This document shows positions 63,775-64,000 of a stretch of 64,000 nucleotides of DNA, piece by piece. Source of the DNA: Octopus bimaculoides (Eukaryota); NCBI RefSeq assembly GCF_001194135.2, contig NC_068992.1, forward strand, positions 2,932,424 to 2,996,423. The letters are read 5' to 3'. Under the pieces are notes generated by a model that saw only the letters and a program-made list of their open reading frames with translations, did not search any database and had not been told where the DNA came from. Both the position numbers and the translations under genes were made by a program. The number at the start of each line of letters is the position of its first letter. Position 1 is the stretch's first letter.

Positions 63775-64000
63775 TCATCATCATCATCGTTTAACGTCCG
63801 CTTTCCATGCTAGCATGGGTTGGACGATTTGACTGAGGACTGGTGAAACCGGATGGCAACACCAGGCTCCAGTCTGATTTGGCAGAGTTTCTACAGCTGG
63901 ATGCCCTTCCTAACGCCAACCACTCAGAGAGTGTAGTGGGTGCTTTTACGTGTCACCCGCACGAAAACGGCCACGCTCGAAATGGTGTCTTTTATGTGCC
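63775..64000 (-). mobile_element. RTE-type 3'UTR/tail repeat, young (CpGs retained), runs off the window
   Basis: catcatcatcgtttaacgtccgctttccatgctagcatgggttggacg...ggatgcccttcctaacgccaaccactc. Confidence 0.9.

Overview
AT-rich metazoan genomic DNA from a gapped draft assembly (four N-runs, each next to a microsatellite or repeat). The SINE/LINE repertoire and microsatellite density point to a coleoid cephalopod, most likely Octopus (inference from remembered repeat families, not a database search). Most of the window is intronic or intergenic. It is filled with tRNA-derived SINEs (CORE-type, Nin/Deu-domain type and others), decayed RTE, CR1-like, L1/Tx1 and R4/Dong-like LINE fragments, three mariner relics, MITEs and simple repeats. 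I found no intact long ORF, rRNA, true tRNA or CRISPR array. A few short + strand exon candidates (best: 1618-1643, 40572-40610, 54734-54781, 58238 onward) may belong to one long-intron gene that I cannot name. The standout signal is a ~270-nt tRNA-headed element whose body carries a Penelope-type minimal hammerhead ribozyme: 5 loci, 7 hammerhead motifs, none perfectly intact, but the consensus is complete. At two loci it forms the same head-to-head palindrome with the tRNA as the loop. This suggests a tRNA-headed (Pol III-type) SINE/retrozyme mobilised by Penelope-like machinery. Decayed Penelope-like 3' ends with their own hammerhead relics also lie in the window.
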